DNA of 64,000 nucleotides from Bacillota bacterium (GCA_017656145.1 JACDOI010000004.1:17850-81849); one strand, 5' to 3'. Positions 9,294 to 18,904 are shown, numbered from the stretch's first letter. Made by a program: numbers and translations. Notes: a model not told the origin generated them from the sequence alone.

Positions 9294-9626
9294 ATGGAGA
9301 TGGACGAGCGGGCCGTTTTGCGGGATTGCCTGGACACCCTCAAGCACGCGTCCGCGTGCTACCTGCAGGCGAGCCTCGAAGCGGATTCCGATGAGTTAGG
9401 CCGGACGCTGGGCCGGCTGGCGCTGGACAAGAGCGAAGAGAAAACCGCGGTCTTCAACCTCATGCATCAGGCGGGCTTTTACAAGACCCGGCCGGCCGAG
9501 ATGGAAGCTGTGCAGGAGCTCAAGCAAGACCTTCACCGGTTGTTGGCCCGGATCGGCGCCAGCACCGCCGCGAACCGGGAGCGGGGACTCCCGGCTGGCC
9601 GTTCCGAGCAGCATCCTTACTCGTAA
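9294..9626 (+). CDS. Coat F domain (spore coat protein F-like) protein
   Basis: The N-terminal DERAVLRDCLDTLKHASACYLQASLEA pattern resembles the CotF family four-helix domain. Confidence 0.5.
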   Translation: MEMDERAVLRDCLDTLKHASACYLQASLEADSDELGRTLGRLALDKSEEKTAVFNLMHQAGFYKTRPAEMEAVQELKQDLHRLLARIGASTAANRERGLPAGRSEQHPYS

Positions 9627-9770
9627 TCGGGCTTGCGCCTGGAACCGCTCCCGGGCGGACCGGGGCAAACATGCGAAAATAGTATGGGAGTGCGCGACTA
9701 GCGCGCCTGAGAAAAGCAGGAAACGGGGCGCTTTGGGCGAACGGATAGAAACAAGAAAGAAGGGGATCCG

Positions 9771-10985
9771 TTGCCCGTGGTGCAGTTATGGCTGTTGGCT
9801 CTTGCCCATTTCGGCATCGATTTGCTCACCCACATCCTCCCGCCGGTGATGCCCGCGCTCGTCCAAGAGCTCGGTCTCACCGTGACCATGGCCGCGTCCC
9901 TCTCAACGGCCATGAGCGTCAGCAGCGGGCTGTTGCAGCCGGTGTTCGGCTCCGCCATCGACCGCGCGCCCCGGGCCTGGCTGCTTCCGGTCGCGGTCTT
10001 GTGGTGCGGTGCGTTCGTGGCGCTGTTGGGAATGGCGTCAGAGTACTGGGCGCTAGTGCTGGCTGCGGTGCTGGCAGGGCTTGGGGCCGCGCTGTTTCAC
10101 CCGCTGGCTACGGTGAGCTTGCGGCACATCGTTGGGCGGTACAGCGCGGGCGCCATGTCGATCTTCAGCGTCGGCGGCACCGCCGGCATGGCCGCCGCGC
10201 CCATGGCCTTTGCAGCGGTGAGCTTCATGGGGATTTCCGGGTTGCGCTGGCTCCTCTTGCCGGCCGTTGTGATCGCCGCGGTGTTGCTGGCCGGGGGGTT
10301 GCACCGCGTGTCGCTTTCCAGTACTGGCCGGCGGGCTGGCGCGGGTGGGGGGTCCCGTGAGGGTAGCGGAGGGCGCTCGGAAACCGAGGCGCCCGCCGGA
10401 CCCGACGCCATGCGCCCATTGGTGATTTTGACCGTGTCCAAGCTTGTGCGGACCGTGGGCCAGGTGGCCATGGTCAACTTCCTGGCGCTTTTTTACGTCT
10501 TCCAAGGGTATTCCGAGAATCACGCCCGGCTCATGCTCACCGTGTACCTTGTGGCGGGAAGCCTGAGCGCGATCGCGACCGGCTACATTTCCGATCGGAT
10601 CGGGCGCAAGCCGGTGGTCATCATATCCAGCGTCCTCGCGACCCCGGCTTGGCTGGCATTTTTGTTTACGACCGGTCCGCTCCAAACAGGGTGCTTGATC
10701 GCGGCCAGCGTCTTTTTGTACGCAACGTTTTCTGTCATGCCGATCTACGCGCAAGAACTGGTCCCGCGCCGGCCGGGCATGGGGGCGGGCCTGATGATGG
10801 GCGGCGTATGGGCCCTGGCGGCCTTGTGCCTCGTTCCTTTGGGAACGCTGGCCGACGCGGCGGGCGTGCGGGCGGCCATGGTTGTGGCGGCGTGGTTGCC
10901 CCTCGTCTCCGCGGGGATGGCCCTGCCGGTGCCGGAAACCCGGCCCCGGGCCTCGAGGTTGACATTTTCCTCCCGTTTGCTATAA
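9771..10985 (+). CDS. MFS transporter
   Basis: 404 aa with about 12 predicted hydrophobic segments and a central charged loop. Confidence 0.75.
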   Translation: MPVVQLWLLALAHFGIDLLTHILPPVMPALVQELGLTVTMAASLSTAMSVSSGLLQPVFGSAIDRAPRAWLLPVAVLWCGAFVALLGMASEYWALVLAAVLAGLGAALFHPLATVSLRHIVGRYSAGAMSIFSVGGTAGMAAAPMAFAAVSFMGISGLRWLLLPAVVIAAVLLAGGLHRVSLSSTGRRAGAGGGSREGSGGRSETEAPAGPDAMRPLVILTVSKLVRTVGQVAMVNFLALFYVFQGYSENHARLMLTVYLVAGSLSAIATGYISDRIGRKPVVIISSVLATPAWLAFLFTTGPLQTGCLIAASVFLYATFSVMPIYAQELVPRRPGMGAGLMMGGVWALAALCLVPLGTLADAAGVRAAMVVAAWLPLVSAGMALPVPETRPRASRLTFSSRLL

Positions 10986-10986
10986 T
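10959..10986 (+). promoter_or_regulatory. Consensus sigma-A-type promoter (TTGACA-16 nt-TATAAT) for the riboswitch/opu operon
   Basis: TTGACA at 10959-10964 and TATAAT at 10981-10986, read directly. It lies in the last codons of the MFS gene, about 25 nt upstream of the riboswitch. Confidence 0.7.
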
Positions 10987-11011
10987 AAATTCCAGGCAAA
11001 TAAAAGGCGTC

Positions 11012-11170
11012 GTGATCGGTCGCTGAGTTCTCCGGAAACGGAGAAGCGGGGGACCCGTTTTTCGGGGCGAGTCCGTGTGGGGTGCCGGTTTGGCGCGGCG
11101 CACGGTAGGGCAACGACCTCTGGCCCGAGCCCGTCAGCTAACCCCGTAAGCGAAGCAGAGGGAGTCTTGG
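11012..11170 (+). promoter_or_regulatory. c-di-AMP riboswitch (ydaO/yuaA class)
   Basis: It contains CGCUGAGUUCUCCGGAAACGGAGAAGCGGGGGACCCG, then GGGGUGCC, then CCCGAGCCCGUCAGCUAACCCCGUAAGCG. These match my recollection of the conserved ydaO blocks (GAGCGGGGGACCCA ... CCGAACCCGACAGCUAACCUCGUAAGCG). An osmoprotectant transporter lies downstream, a known target class. Confidence 0.85.
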
Positions 11171-11219
11171 GTGGGTGTTTCATACTAAGAGGACCGGGGC
11201 ATCGCCCGGTTCGGGAGCG

Positions 11220-11246
11220 CCCGAGGCTTTCTCGGGTTATTTTTTT
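11220..11246 (+). terminator. Intrinsic terminator of the riboswitch expression platform
   Basis: The hairpin is cccgag-gcttt-ctcggg, followed by ttattttttt. Confidence 0.8.
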
Positions 11247-11336
11247 GCATAAGCGGGTCCCAAGTTCAGACAGGAAGGGGGGAGAGATACAGCAGCGGCC
11301 GCGGCGTCACCACAACTGAAAAGGAGGCGGTGAATC

Positions 11337-12368
11337 TTGCGTGCCCTGCACACAAGGTGCGCCCGACGCTCGTCGTTGTTGGTGACTGCCCTTTCGTTGG
11401 CGGTTTTGCCCATCGGAGTATCCCTCGTTGGCACGGTCCAGTCTCACGCCCAGCCCGTCGTGTTCCTCGATTTCAGCTGGGACAGCGTCCAGGTTCACAA
11501 TCGCATCGCCGGCTTCATTCTCGAGCATGGCTACGGCATGTCCGTGGACTACTTGTTCGCGGACACCATCCCGGGCATGTTGGCCCTGCGGCGGGGCGAT
11601 GCGCAGCTTACTATGGAGATCTGGCCGGACAATATCATCGACATTTGGGAAACCGCCCTCCGCCGGGGTGAACTGGTCGACCTGGGGTTGAACTTCCCCG
11701 ATGCCCCCCAGGGCTGGTACGTGCCCACGTACATGATCGAAGGCGACCCCGAGCGAGGCATCGAGCCGATGGCTCCGGACTTGCGGTCCGTGGCGGATCT
11801 TCCCCGGTACTGGGAGCTGTTCCGGGATCCGGAAGTTCCCAGCAAGGGCCGGTTTTACACCGCACCGCCGGGCTGGGCGGCTAACGATATCAACCGCGAG
11901 AAGTTGGAAGCGTACGGGCTGCTGGACACGTTTGTGGCGTTTGAGCCCGGATCCGACTCGGCGCTGGTGGCGTCTATGGTGTCCGCCTACGAGCAGGGGA
12001 AGCCGTGGGTCGGCTACTATTGGGAGCCCACCTGGGTGATGGGCCTGTACGACATGACATTGTTGGAGGAGCCGCCTTATTCGGACGAGTGCTGGGAGAC
12101 GGATAAGGCATGCGCCTACAAGCGCGCGCAGGTGCTGGTCTCGGCCAACAAGCGATTCATCGAGCAGCACCCGGAGATCGAGGCGTTCCTGCGCAACTAT
12201 GAGACGACGCTCGCACAAAACAACGACTTCCTGGCCTACATGAGGCGGGAGGACGCAACCGCTGAGGAAGCCGCCCTGTACTTCCTGCGAACCTACGAGG
12301 ACGTCTGGCGGTCATGGGTGCCCGAGGACGTGGCCGCGCGGGTGTTGGACGCGCTGGCCGCGCGCTGA
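11337..12368 (+). CDS. Glycine betaine/proline betaine ABC transporter substrate-binding protein (ProX/OpuAC type)
   Basis: GGAGG sits 9 nt before TTG 11337. There is a signal-like N-terminus, and the body is ProX-like (FSWDSVQVHNRIAGFILEHGYG..., WEPTWVMGLYD). Confidence 0.8.
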   Translation: MRALHTRCARRSSLLVTALSLAVLPIGVSLVGTVQSHAQPVVFLDFSWDSVQVHNRIAGFILEHGYGMSVDYLFADTIPGMLALRRGDAQLTMEIWPDNIIDIWETALRRGELVDLGLNFPDAPQGWYVPTYMIEGDPERGIEPMAPDLRSVADLPRYWELFRDPEVPSKGRFYTAPPGWAANDINREKLEAYGLLDTFVAFEPGSDSALVASMVSAYEQGKPWVGYYWEPTWVMGLYDMTLLEEPPYSDECWETDKACAYKRAQVLVSANKRFIEQHPEIEAFLRNYETTLAQNNDFLAYMRREDATAEEAALYFLRTYEDVWRSWVPEDVAARVLDALAAR

Positions 12369-12374
12369 GGGCGG

Positions 12375-13382
12375 GTGATGACGATGACCGCGAGCGCTGG
12401 CATACAGGTTAAGAACTTATGGAAGGTGTTCGCGCCCAAGGGTGTGACGATCGACGTGACCGATCCCGGCGCGATGGCTTCGGCGGAGCAAGCCGGCGCC
12501 GTCGTGGCGGTGCGGGACGTGTCCTTTGAGGTGCAGCCGGGAGAGCTGTTCGTCGTCATGGGGCTGTCGGGCAGCGGCAAGTCGACGCTCATCCGGTGCC
12601 TGTTGCGCCTGGTGGAGCCGACGGCCGGAACCATCGCGTGCGATGGACGGGATGTGACGGGCATGAGCCCCCGGGAGCTGATGGAGTTCCGGCGCCACCA
12701 GGTCGCCATGGTGTTCCAGCACTACGGGCTGTTGCCCCACCGGACGGTGCTCGACAACGCGGCCTTCGGCCTGAAGCTTCGGGGCATGCCGCGGGAAGAG
12801 CGCTACGCCCGGGCCCGGGAGGCGCTTGCGCGGGTGGGCCTTGCCGGCTGGGAAAACCGCTACCCGTCGGCCTTAAGCGGCGGCATGCAGCAGCGGGTCG
12901 GCATCGCGCGGGCGCTGGCCAACGACCCGGCCATCCTGCTTTGGGATGAGCCGTTCAGCGGCCTTGACCCGCTCATCCGGCGGGAGATGCAGGATGAAGT
13001 GTTGCGGCTCCAGCGGGAGTTGCAAAAGACCATCGTGTTCGTCACCCACGACCTGGATGAGGCGATGCGCCTGGGCGATCGGATGGCGGTCATGAAGGAC
13101 GGCCAGTTTGTGCAGGTGGGCCGGCCCGAGGACGTCATCAACCGGCCGGCCAACGAGTACGTGCGCCGGTTCGTGCAGGCCCGCCAGCCGGTTGCCGTGG
13201 CAACCGATCGGTCGGTGATGAAACTCGCCTCAGGCAACCCGCGTCCGCCGGCGGCCTCTCTGCCGGTCGGAAGCGCCGGACGGGGCGGACGGGCGGCTCA
13301 GGACGGCGCCGCGGCGGCGCGCGATGGCGCTTTGGCCGAGGACGCCCGGCCCGCCGGGGAGGGGGTAGCCCGTGTTTCCTAA
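12375..13382 (+). CDS. Glycine betaine/proline ABC transporter ATP-binding protein (ProV/OpuAA type), apparently without CBS domains
   Basis: Walker A GLSGSGKST, signature LSGGMQQRVGIARAL, Walker B ILLWDEPFSGLD. The C-terminal ~70 aa are low-complexity Ala/Gly/Arg rather than tandem CBS. Confidence 0.85.
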   Translation: MMTMTASAGIQVKNLWKVFAPKGVTIDVTDPGAMASAEQAGAVVAVRDVSFEVQPGELFVVMGLSGSGKSTLIRCLLRLVEPTAGTIACDGRDVTGMSPRELMEFRRHQVAMVFQHYGLLPHRTVLDNAAFGLKLRGMPREERYARAREALARVGLAGWENRYPSALSGGMQQRVGIARALANDPAILLWDEPFSGLDPLIRREMQDEVLRLQRELQKTIVFVTHDLDEAMRLGDRMAVMKDGQFVQVGRPEDVINRPANEYVRRFVQARQPVAVATDRSVMKLASGNPRPPAASLPVGSAGRGGRAAQDGAAAARDGALAEDARPAGEGVARVS

Positions 13383-14220
13383 AGAATGGGAGTATCACAT
13401 CGGCCCGGTCATCAGCGATCTGGTCGATTGGCTCCTGGTCGAGTTCGGCGGTGCGTTCGACGCGGTGTCGGGCGCCCTCCTGCGGTTTTTGCTCCAGGTG
13501 GAAGCGGCGCTCAAGGCGTTGCCGTGGTGGCTCATCATCGCGGCCGTGGGCGTTGGGGCCTGGCTCCTTTTGCGCCGGGTGGGCAGCGCTTTGGCCCTCA
13601 TGGCCCTTGTGTTCATGATCGGCGTGTTCGGCCTGTGGGGGCTGGCGGTGGAAACGATGGCCATCATCATCACGTCGGTGGTGCTGGCCATCGTCATCGG
13701 CCTTCCGGTAGGCGTTGCCATGGCCGAGTCCAACCGGGTGCGCGGCGCGATGACGCCGCTTTTGGACGCCATGCAGACGCTGCCGAGCTTCGTCTACCTG
13801 ATCCCGGCCATGATGCTCTTTGGCCTGGGTAAGGTGCCGGCGGTGCTGGCGACGCTCATTTACGCGGTGCCGCCGGTCATCCGGTTGACGGACCTGGGCA
13901 TCCGCCAGGTGGCGGCCGGGGTGCAGGAGGCCGCGGTCGCGTACGGCGCGAGCCGCTGGCAGCTCTTGAAGGAAGTACGGTTGCCGCTGGCGGTGCCGTC
14001 GATCTTGGCCGGTGTCAACCAGACGACCATGATGGCGCTTGCCATGGTTGTCATTGCGTCCATGATCGGCGCCCGGGGCATCGGCCAGGAAGTGCTCTTG
14101 TCCATCAACCGCATCGACGTGGGCCGGGGGTTTGAGGCGGGGCTGAGCGTGGTGGCGCTGGCCATCGTCGTCGACCGCCTCACGCAAGGATTCGCCCGCC
14201 GGTTTGAACCCCCGCGCTGA
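13372..14220 (+). CDS. Glycine betaine/proline ABC transporter permease (ProW/OpuAB type)
   Basis: It has the BPD-type permease EAA loop (EAAVAYGASRWQLLKEVRLPLAVPSILAGVNQ). The start overlaps the ATPase gene's stop. Confidence 0.85.
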   Translation: MFPKEWEYHIGPVISDLVDWLLVEFGGAFDAVSGALLRFLLQVEAALKALPWWLIIAAVGVGAWLLLRRVGSALALMALVFMIGVFGLWGLAVETMAIIITSVVLAIVIGLPVGVAMAESNRVRGAMTPLLDAMQTLPSFVYLIPAMMLFGLGKVPAVLATLIYAVPPVIRLTDLGIRQVAAGVQEAAVAYGASRWQLLKEVRLPLAVPSILAGVNQTTMMALAMVVIASMIGARGIGQEVLLSINRIDVGRGFEAGLSVVALAIVVDRLTQGFARRFEPPR

Positions 14221-14314
14221 TCGGGCCCGGCCCGGCCGCCCGCCGGCCCCGGGGCGATCCCGGAAACGCCGGGAACCCCGGGGCCTCGCGGCGGATCGGC
14301 CGCAGCCTCAGTCG

Positions 14315-15682
14315 TTATCCCCCGAGACCGGCAAGCAGCCGGATGTAGCTGCGGACGCCCTTGTCGAAGCTCTCGAGCCGGAAAAACTCATTGGGCGCAT
14401 GGATTTGGTTGTCCGGGTCGCCGAAGCTAAAGAAGATGAAATCGGTCTTTAGGATGGACTTGACCATCGCGGCGACCGGCAACGTCCCCCCGGTCCGGGT
14501 GAACACCGGTTCTTCCCCGTACACCTCCCGCAGCGCCTGGGTTGCCTTGGCGATGATGGGATGGTCCCGGGACATCAGGTAGGCCGCCGCGGAGCCGGGG
14601 TGGCGGGTGATCTTGACCGTTACCCCGGGCGGCGTGTGGGCCCGGATGTGGGCTTCGAGCGCGTCCAGCACCTGGTTGGGGTCCTGTTCGGGCACGAGTC
14701 GACACGTAATCTTGGCGTGCGCTTCAGACGGCAGCACCGTCTTGGTCCCTTCGCCCTGGAAACCGCCCCAGATGCCGTTGACCTCCAGCGTCGGCCGGGC
14801 CCAGAGGCGCTCAAGAGTCGAGTAGCCGGGCTCGCCGAACGGCTCGGAAACCTCGATCCCGTCCAGAAACGCCCGCTCGTCGAACGGAACCCGGGCGATG
14901 TCAACCCGCTCCTCGCCGGTCAGCTCCCGGACGCCGTCGTAAAATCCTTTGACAAGGATCTTCCCGTCCGGCGAGCGCATGCTCGCGATGATGGCCGCCA
15001 GCGCGTGGATGGGGTTTTGGATGGCGCCGCCGTAACCGCCTGAGTGCAGGTCGCCCTTGGCGCCCCGGACGTCGATCTGCATCGCACACAGTCCCCGGCT
15101 TCCCACGGTGATGCCGGGCTTTTGGGGCTTGTAAAAGCCGCCGTCCGCGCACAAGACCGCGTCGGCCCGAAGGCGCGCCGCCTGTTGCCTGAGCAGCTTG
15201 GGCAGATTAGGGCTGCCGATCTCTTCCTCGCCCTCGAGCAAAAACTTCAAGTTCACCGGCGGCCGGCCGTCCACCGCGATCAAGGCTTCCACGGCCTTGA
15301 GAGGGATGAACGCGCATCCCTTGTCGTCGCTGGCGCCCCGGGCAAAGATGCGCCCGTCCCGCACCACCGGTTCAAAGGGCGGGGTTTCCCACAGGTGCAC
15401 CGGATCAACGGGCTGCACGTCCACGTGGCCGTAGATGAGGTGCGTGGGCTTTTCGGGATCGACGATCCACTCGCCGTAGACGGCCGGGTGGCCGCCGGTC
15501 TCCCAAATTTCCACCGTAGGCACGCCGATGGAGCGCAGGTGGTCCGCCGCCCACTGGGCCGCCCGCCTGACGTCTTCTTTGTGAGCGGGCAAGGCGCTTA
15601 CGCTTGGGATGCGCAAAAAGTCGAGCAGTTGCTCCAAGTGGGCCTGGCGGCGCTCCGCCAAGTACGCCTCGTATCTGGACAT
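14315..15682 (-). CDS. M20-family dipeptidase
   Basis: Motifs LIYGHVDVQP, GASDDKG and LLEGEEEIGSP. The likely start is the M of MSRYEAYL (15682) rather than the tracked 15727. Confidence 0.8.
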   Translation of the reverse strand: MSRYEAYLAERRQAHLEQLLDFLRIPSVSALPAHKEDVRRAAQWAADHLRSIGVPTVEIWETGGHPAVYGEWIVDPEKPTHLIYGHVDVQPVDPVHLWETPPFEPVVRDGRIFARGASDDKGCAFIPLKAVEALIAVDGRPPVNLKFLLEGEEEIGSPNLPKLLRQQAARLRADAVLCADGGFYKPQKPGITVGSRGLCAMQIDVRGAKGDLHSGGYGGAIQNPIHALAAIIASMRSPDGKILVKGFYDGVRELTGEERVDIARVPFDERAFLDGIEVSEPFGEPGYSTLERLWARPTLEVNGIWGGFQGEGTKTVLPSEAHAKITCRLVPEQDPNQVLDALEAHIRAHTPPGVTVKITRHPGSAAAYLMSRDHPIIAKATQALREVYGEEPVFTRTGGTLPVAAMVKSILKTDFIFFSFGDPDNQIHAPNEFFRLESFDKGVRSYIRLLAGLGG

Positions 15683-15892
15683 AAGCTTGACCCGCCTTTC
15701 GCTGTTTTGGCCGGCCGGGCCGGCCACAAGGCACGTCCTATCTGTTTAGTCATCGCGAGTGGCCTTCCTTCCCCCCTTTCGGGGCTCGGAGTGAGAGCTC
15801 AGAGGCAGAACGGGAGTAAAGGATGTGGACGCAGCGCGTGGGCAAGGGCGCAGGCGCAGGAGGACTGGGGCAGGTACGGAATATCAACCGAC

Positions 15893-17332
15893 ATGGCCAA
15901 CGTCGGAGAAACGATTAACCGCCAGGAGGGTGGGCATACCCGCTCCCCGGACGCCCGGGCGAAGTTTCCGTCGCCCGTTCCGGTCGCGGTCATGGTTTCC
16001 CTCTCACTGCTTGGAGATGCGCTCTTGTACGCTGTTTTGCCCAGCCGGGCCCCGTCGCTGGGGATACCGCTGGTGCTGGTGGGCGTGCTCCTCAGCGTCA
16101 ACCGGTTCGTGCGGCTGGTCACCAATTCGTGGGCCGGCGCGGTGTACCGGCGCCGGGGACTTCCCGGACCGTTTTTTGCGGCCATGGTCGGAGCGACCGC
16201 CACGACCTTGTCCTACGGCGTGCCCTGGGGCTTTTGGCCGTTTCTCGCCGCCCGGGCGATTTGGGGTGCGTGCTGGTCGTTTCTGCGCCTGGGGCAGCTG
16301 TTGGCTGTGCTTGAGCGGGCAGGCGATGACGAGCGGGGCCGGTGGATGGGCCGGGTGCAGGCGCTGGCCCGCGTCGGCACGATGCTTTCCGTCATGCTGG
16401 GCGGATACCTCACGGACCGCCTCGGGTACCGGGCGACCATCGGCTTGCTCGGCATGCTGACCGCTGCGGGCACAGTTGTAGCCTGGCGGGAGGTCGTCCA
16501 ACACCGCCGCTGGGCCCGCGTCGGAGATGAGCAACCCCGGACCGAGCGGCAAAGCCGGTGGCGTTCCGACGGGCCGCCGGAAGCGGCAGCGGGCAGGCCC
16601 GGCGCTTGCCTTGAGGGCGACAGCGGTGCTCCAATAGCGGCGGGAGCCCTGAGGACCGGCTTGGCGCTTGTGTATGCCGGCGGTTTTGCCCAAGGGTTTG
16701 CAACGTCCGGGCTCATTATGGGCACCTTGTCGCTGTTTTTGCTCCAGCGGTTCGGCGACGCGGTGCCTCTTTGGGGCTGGACCGCGGGTGTGGCCACCGT
16801 ATCCGGATGGCTCATCGGCTTGCGCTGGGCCGTCGAGCTGGTGCTGGCGCCCTGGAGCGGCTGGCTTGCAGACCGGCAGGGGCGGTCCCGGGTAGTGGCC
16901 GCGGGATCGGCCCTTCAGGCCGCGATGCTGGTGCTGCTTTCGGCCGCGGCCAGCCCGGAGGTCATCATCCTCGCAAGCATCGGCTTGTTCGTCGGGGCGG
17001 TCTTGTTCGCGGTCAGCCTGGATGCGGCCGGGGGCGACATGTCGGTGCACCACCGCCCCACGGTAGTCATGAGCCGCTATACCACGGCCCAGGACGTAGG
17101 CGCGGCCCTAGGGCCGTCCGTGGGGTACTTTCTCAGCGACGTTGTCGGCCTGCCGGCCATGTACTCGGGTATGGCGGCGTTGCTGGTTCTCATCGGAGCC
17201 GCGTTCGTCCTGTGGTTTCCGTCAGGAACCGCGCAAAGGGCGGGAACCCGGCGCGGCGGGAAGGATTTCGACGCCAAGGATGGAAAAACCACAAGGTTTG
17301 TAGGGGCATTGGAAGGGCGAAGGAAACAGTGA
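15893..17332 (+). CDS. MFS transporter
   Basis: It is polytopic from ATG 15893. The tracked 762-aa ORF start (15044) is antisense to the dipeptidase gene and was rejected. Confidence 0.65.
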   Translation: MANVGETINRQEGGHTRSPDARAKFPSPVPVAVMVSLSLLGDALLYAVLPSRAPSLGIPLVLVGVLLSVNRFVRLVTNSWAGAVYRRRGLPGPFFAAMVGATATTLSYGVPWGFWPFLAARAIWGACWSFLRLGQLLAVLERAGDDERGRWMGRVQALARVGTMLSVMLGGYLTDRLGYRATIGLLGMLTAAGTVVAWREVVQHRRWARVGDEQPRTERQSRWRSDGPPEAAAGRPGACLEGDSGAPIAAGALRTGLALVYAGGFAQGFATSGLIMGTLSLFLLQRFGDAVPLWGWTAGVATVSGWLIGLRWAVELVLAPWSGWLADRQGRSRVVAAGSALQAAMLVLLSAAASPEVIILASIGLFVGAVLFAVSLDAAGGDMSVHHRPTVVMSRYTTAQDVGAALGPSVGYFLSDVVGLPAMYSGMAALLVLIGAAFVLWFPSGTAQRAGTRRGGKDFDAKDGKTTRFVGALEGRRKQ

Positions 17333-17396
17333 ACCCCGCGGACGCTGGAGCAACGATGACCGCGGGCCTTTGTTCGGAAAGCGGGGATCACGCGTG

Positions 17397-18650
17397 ATGG
17401 ACGCACAGCGCTCGTCGCCACCGGCTTACCCGGCGGAGGCTTGGGATGATGAGATCGATCTTCGGCAGCTGGTGGAAAGCTTGTGGCGGCGGAGGCGGTT
17501 GATCATCGGCCTGACGGTGATGGCGGTGTTGGTGGCCGGTGTGTTGAGCTTTTTGGTGCTGCCGCCAAGCTATGAGTCGAGCATCACGGTAGCCCTGCCT
17601 GCCGCCGACGGCCAGCAGGTAGGCATGGGCCCTCGGGCGTACGAAGCGTTTGCCCTAAGCAACCGAGTCCTCCAGTCCATGATCCGGTTGGGGTCCCTGG
17701 ATGTGACGCCCGTTGCGCTCGAAAGCGTGATGGACAGCAAGTTGGATGTCGAACCGCGCCTTTTGACAATTCCGGTGCGGGCCCGCACGCCGGAGGAAGC
17801 CCAAGAGCTGGCGCGTCTTTGGTACCAAGCGTTTGTGTCGGAAACCGAAGCGTATGTTGCGGCCCAGATCGACGAACAGCTGACGGTAGCCGAACAAAAT
17901 CTAGCCGAATGGGACAGCCGGCTGAATGCTGCGTTACTGGCTCTCAGCGAGTTCGAGAGCGCGACCCCTCTCGCGGTGCTGGAATCCCGGCTCGATCGGC
18001 TGCAACAGGACCTGGTCAACGTGGAGTCTCGACTTCGGGAGCTCAATCATACGAGCATCCCCACCGACGAAGCCCGGATGATGGCTCTGGAAGAGGTGCT
18101 CTCCCAGGAGTCCGAGGTCATCGCGGGAGCCGGCGAAAACGTGGTGTTGCCGGTAGTGGATCAGCGGGCCGGGGTGACGGCCAGCGGCGTGACCATTCTC
18201 AATCCGATGTTCTTACAGCTCAATCAGGATTTGAGCAGCACCCGCACGCGGCTGGCCACCAATCGCCGGGCCGCGGAGCTTTTGCAGGAGCAGGCGACGG
18301 TGTTGCCCGCGGAGATTGACCGGCTTCGGTCCGAGATCGTGTCCCTGAAGGAACAGCTAATGCGGCTGCAGCGGGAGATTGACGCGGTGCAACCGCTTGC
18401 GGACGAGGCCCGGAGAGAACGGGACCGGTTGCTGGATCTCAAGCGGCGGATTCAACAGGTAGCGACGGCCCCGGTGAGCGATGATCCGCCACTGCCGGAG
18501 TCGCCCGTATCGCCCCGCAAAATGCTCAATATGGCGGTGGCCGGCGTGCTGGCCGTCTTCGTCGGCGTAGGCGTTGCCCTCTTTCAGGAGTTTTGGGCGG
18601 CGACGGATCCGGCCCAATCGAGTTCTCGGGAACGGGCAGAAGCCGGGTGA
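17397..18650 (+). CDS. Wzz-type polysaccharide chain-length determinant (PCP) protein, no kinase domain
   Basis: N-terminal Wzz motif (IDLRQLVESLWRRRRLIIGLTVMAVLVAGVLSFLVLPPSYES), a long coiled-coil middle and a C-terminal TM segment (NMAVAGVLAVFVGVGVALF). Confidence 0.75.
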   Translation: MDAQRSSPPAYPAEAWDDEIDLRQLVESLWRRRRLIIGLTVMAVLVAGVLSFLVLPPSYESSITVALPAADGQQVGMGPRAYEAFALSNRVLQSMIRLGSLDVTPVALESVMDSKLDVEPRLLTIPVRARTPEEAQELARLWYQAFVSETEAYVAAQIDEQLTVAEQNLAEWDSRLNAALLALSEFESATPLAVLESRLDRLQQDLVNVESRLRELNHTSIPTDEARMMALEEVLSQESEVIAGAGENVVLPVVDQRAGVTASGVTILNPMFLQLNQDLSSTRTRLATNRRAAELLQEQATVLPAEIDRLRSEIVSLKEQLMRLQREIDAVQPLADEARRERDRLLDLKRRIQQVATAPVSDDPPLPESPVSPRKMLNMAVAGVLAVFVGVGVALFQEFWAATDPAQSSSRERAEAG

Positions 18651-18904
18651 TCGTTCAACAGGTCCTTTTGAGGCCTGCTTGGCGGCGGTTGTGCACCCCG
18701 ATTATCATCGGCCGGGGGCTGCTGGATCCCGCCGCTTTTATCGGGTACAATGAGTCTGGCGCGCAAAAAAGAGCTTCCGACGGGCCCGCCTTCCGGCTTG
18801 TTCCGACCTTGGCCCGGTGCCGCAGGTCGTCTTGTGCGGCGCGCTGTCCCGGACGTCTCGGCGGGAGGCGCCTCACCAGTAGTTTCTAAGCAGGAGTTGT
18901 CCGT

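Noticed and set aside
15044-15892. 5' extension of the 762-aa plus-strand ORF
   Set aside because: This part is antisense to the well-supported M20 dipeptidase gene. MFS-like hydrophobic segments begin only after ATG 15893.
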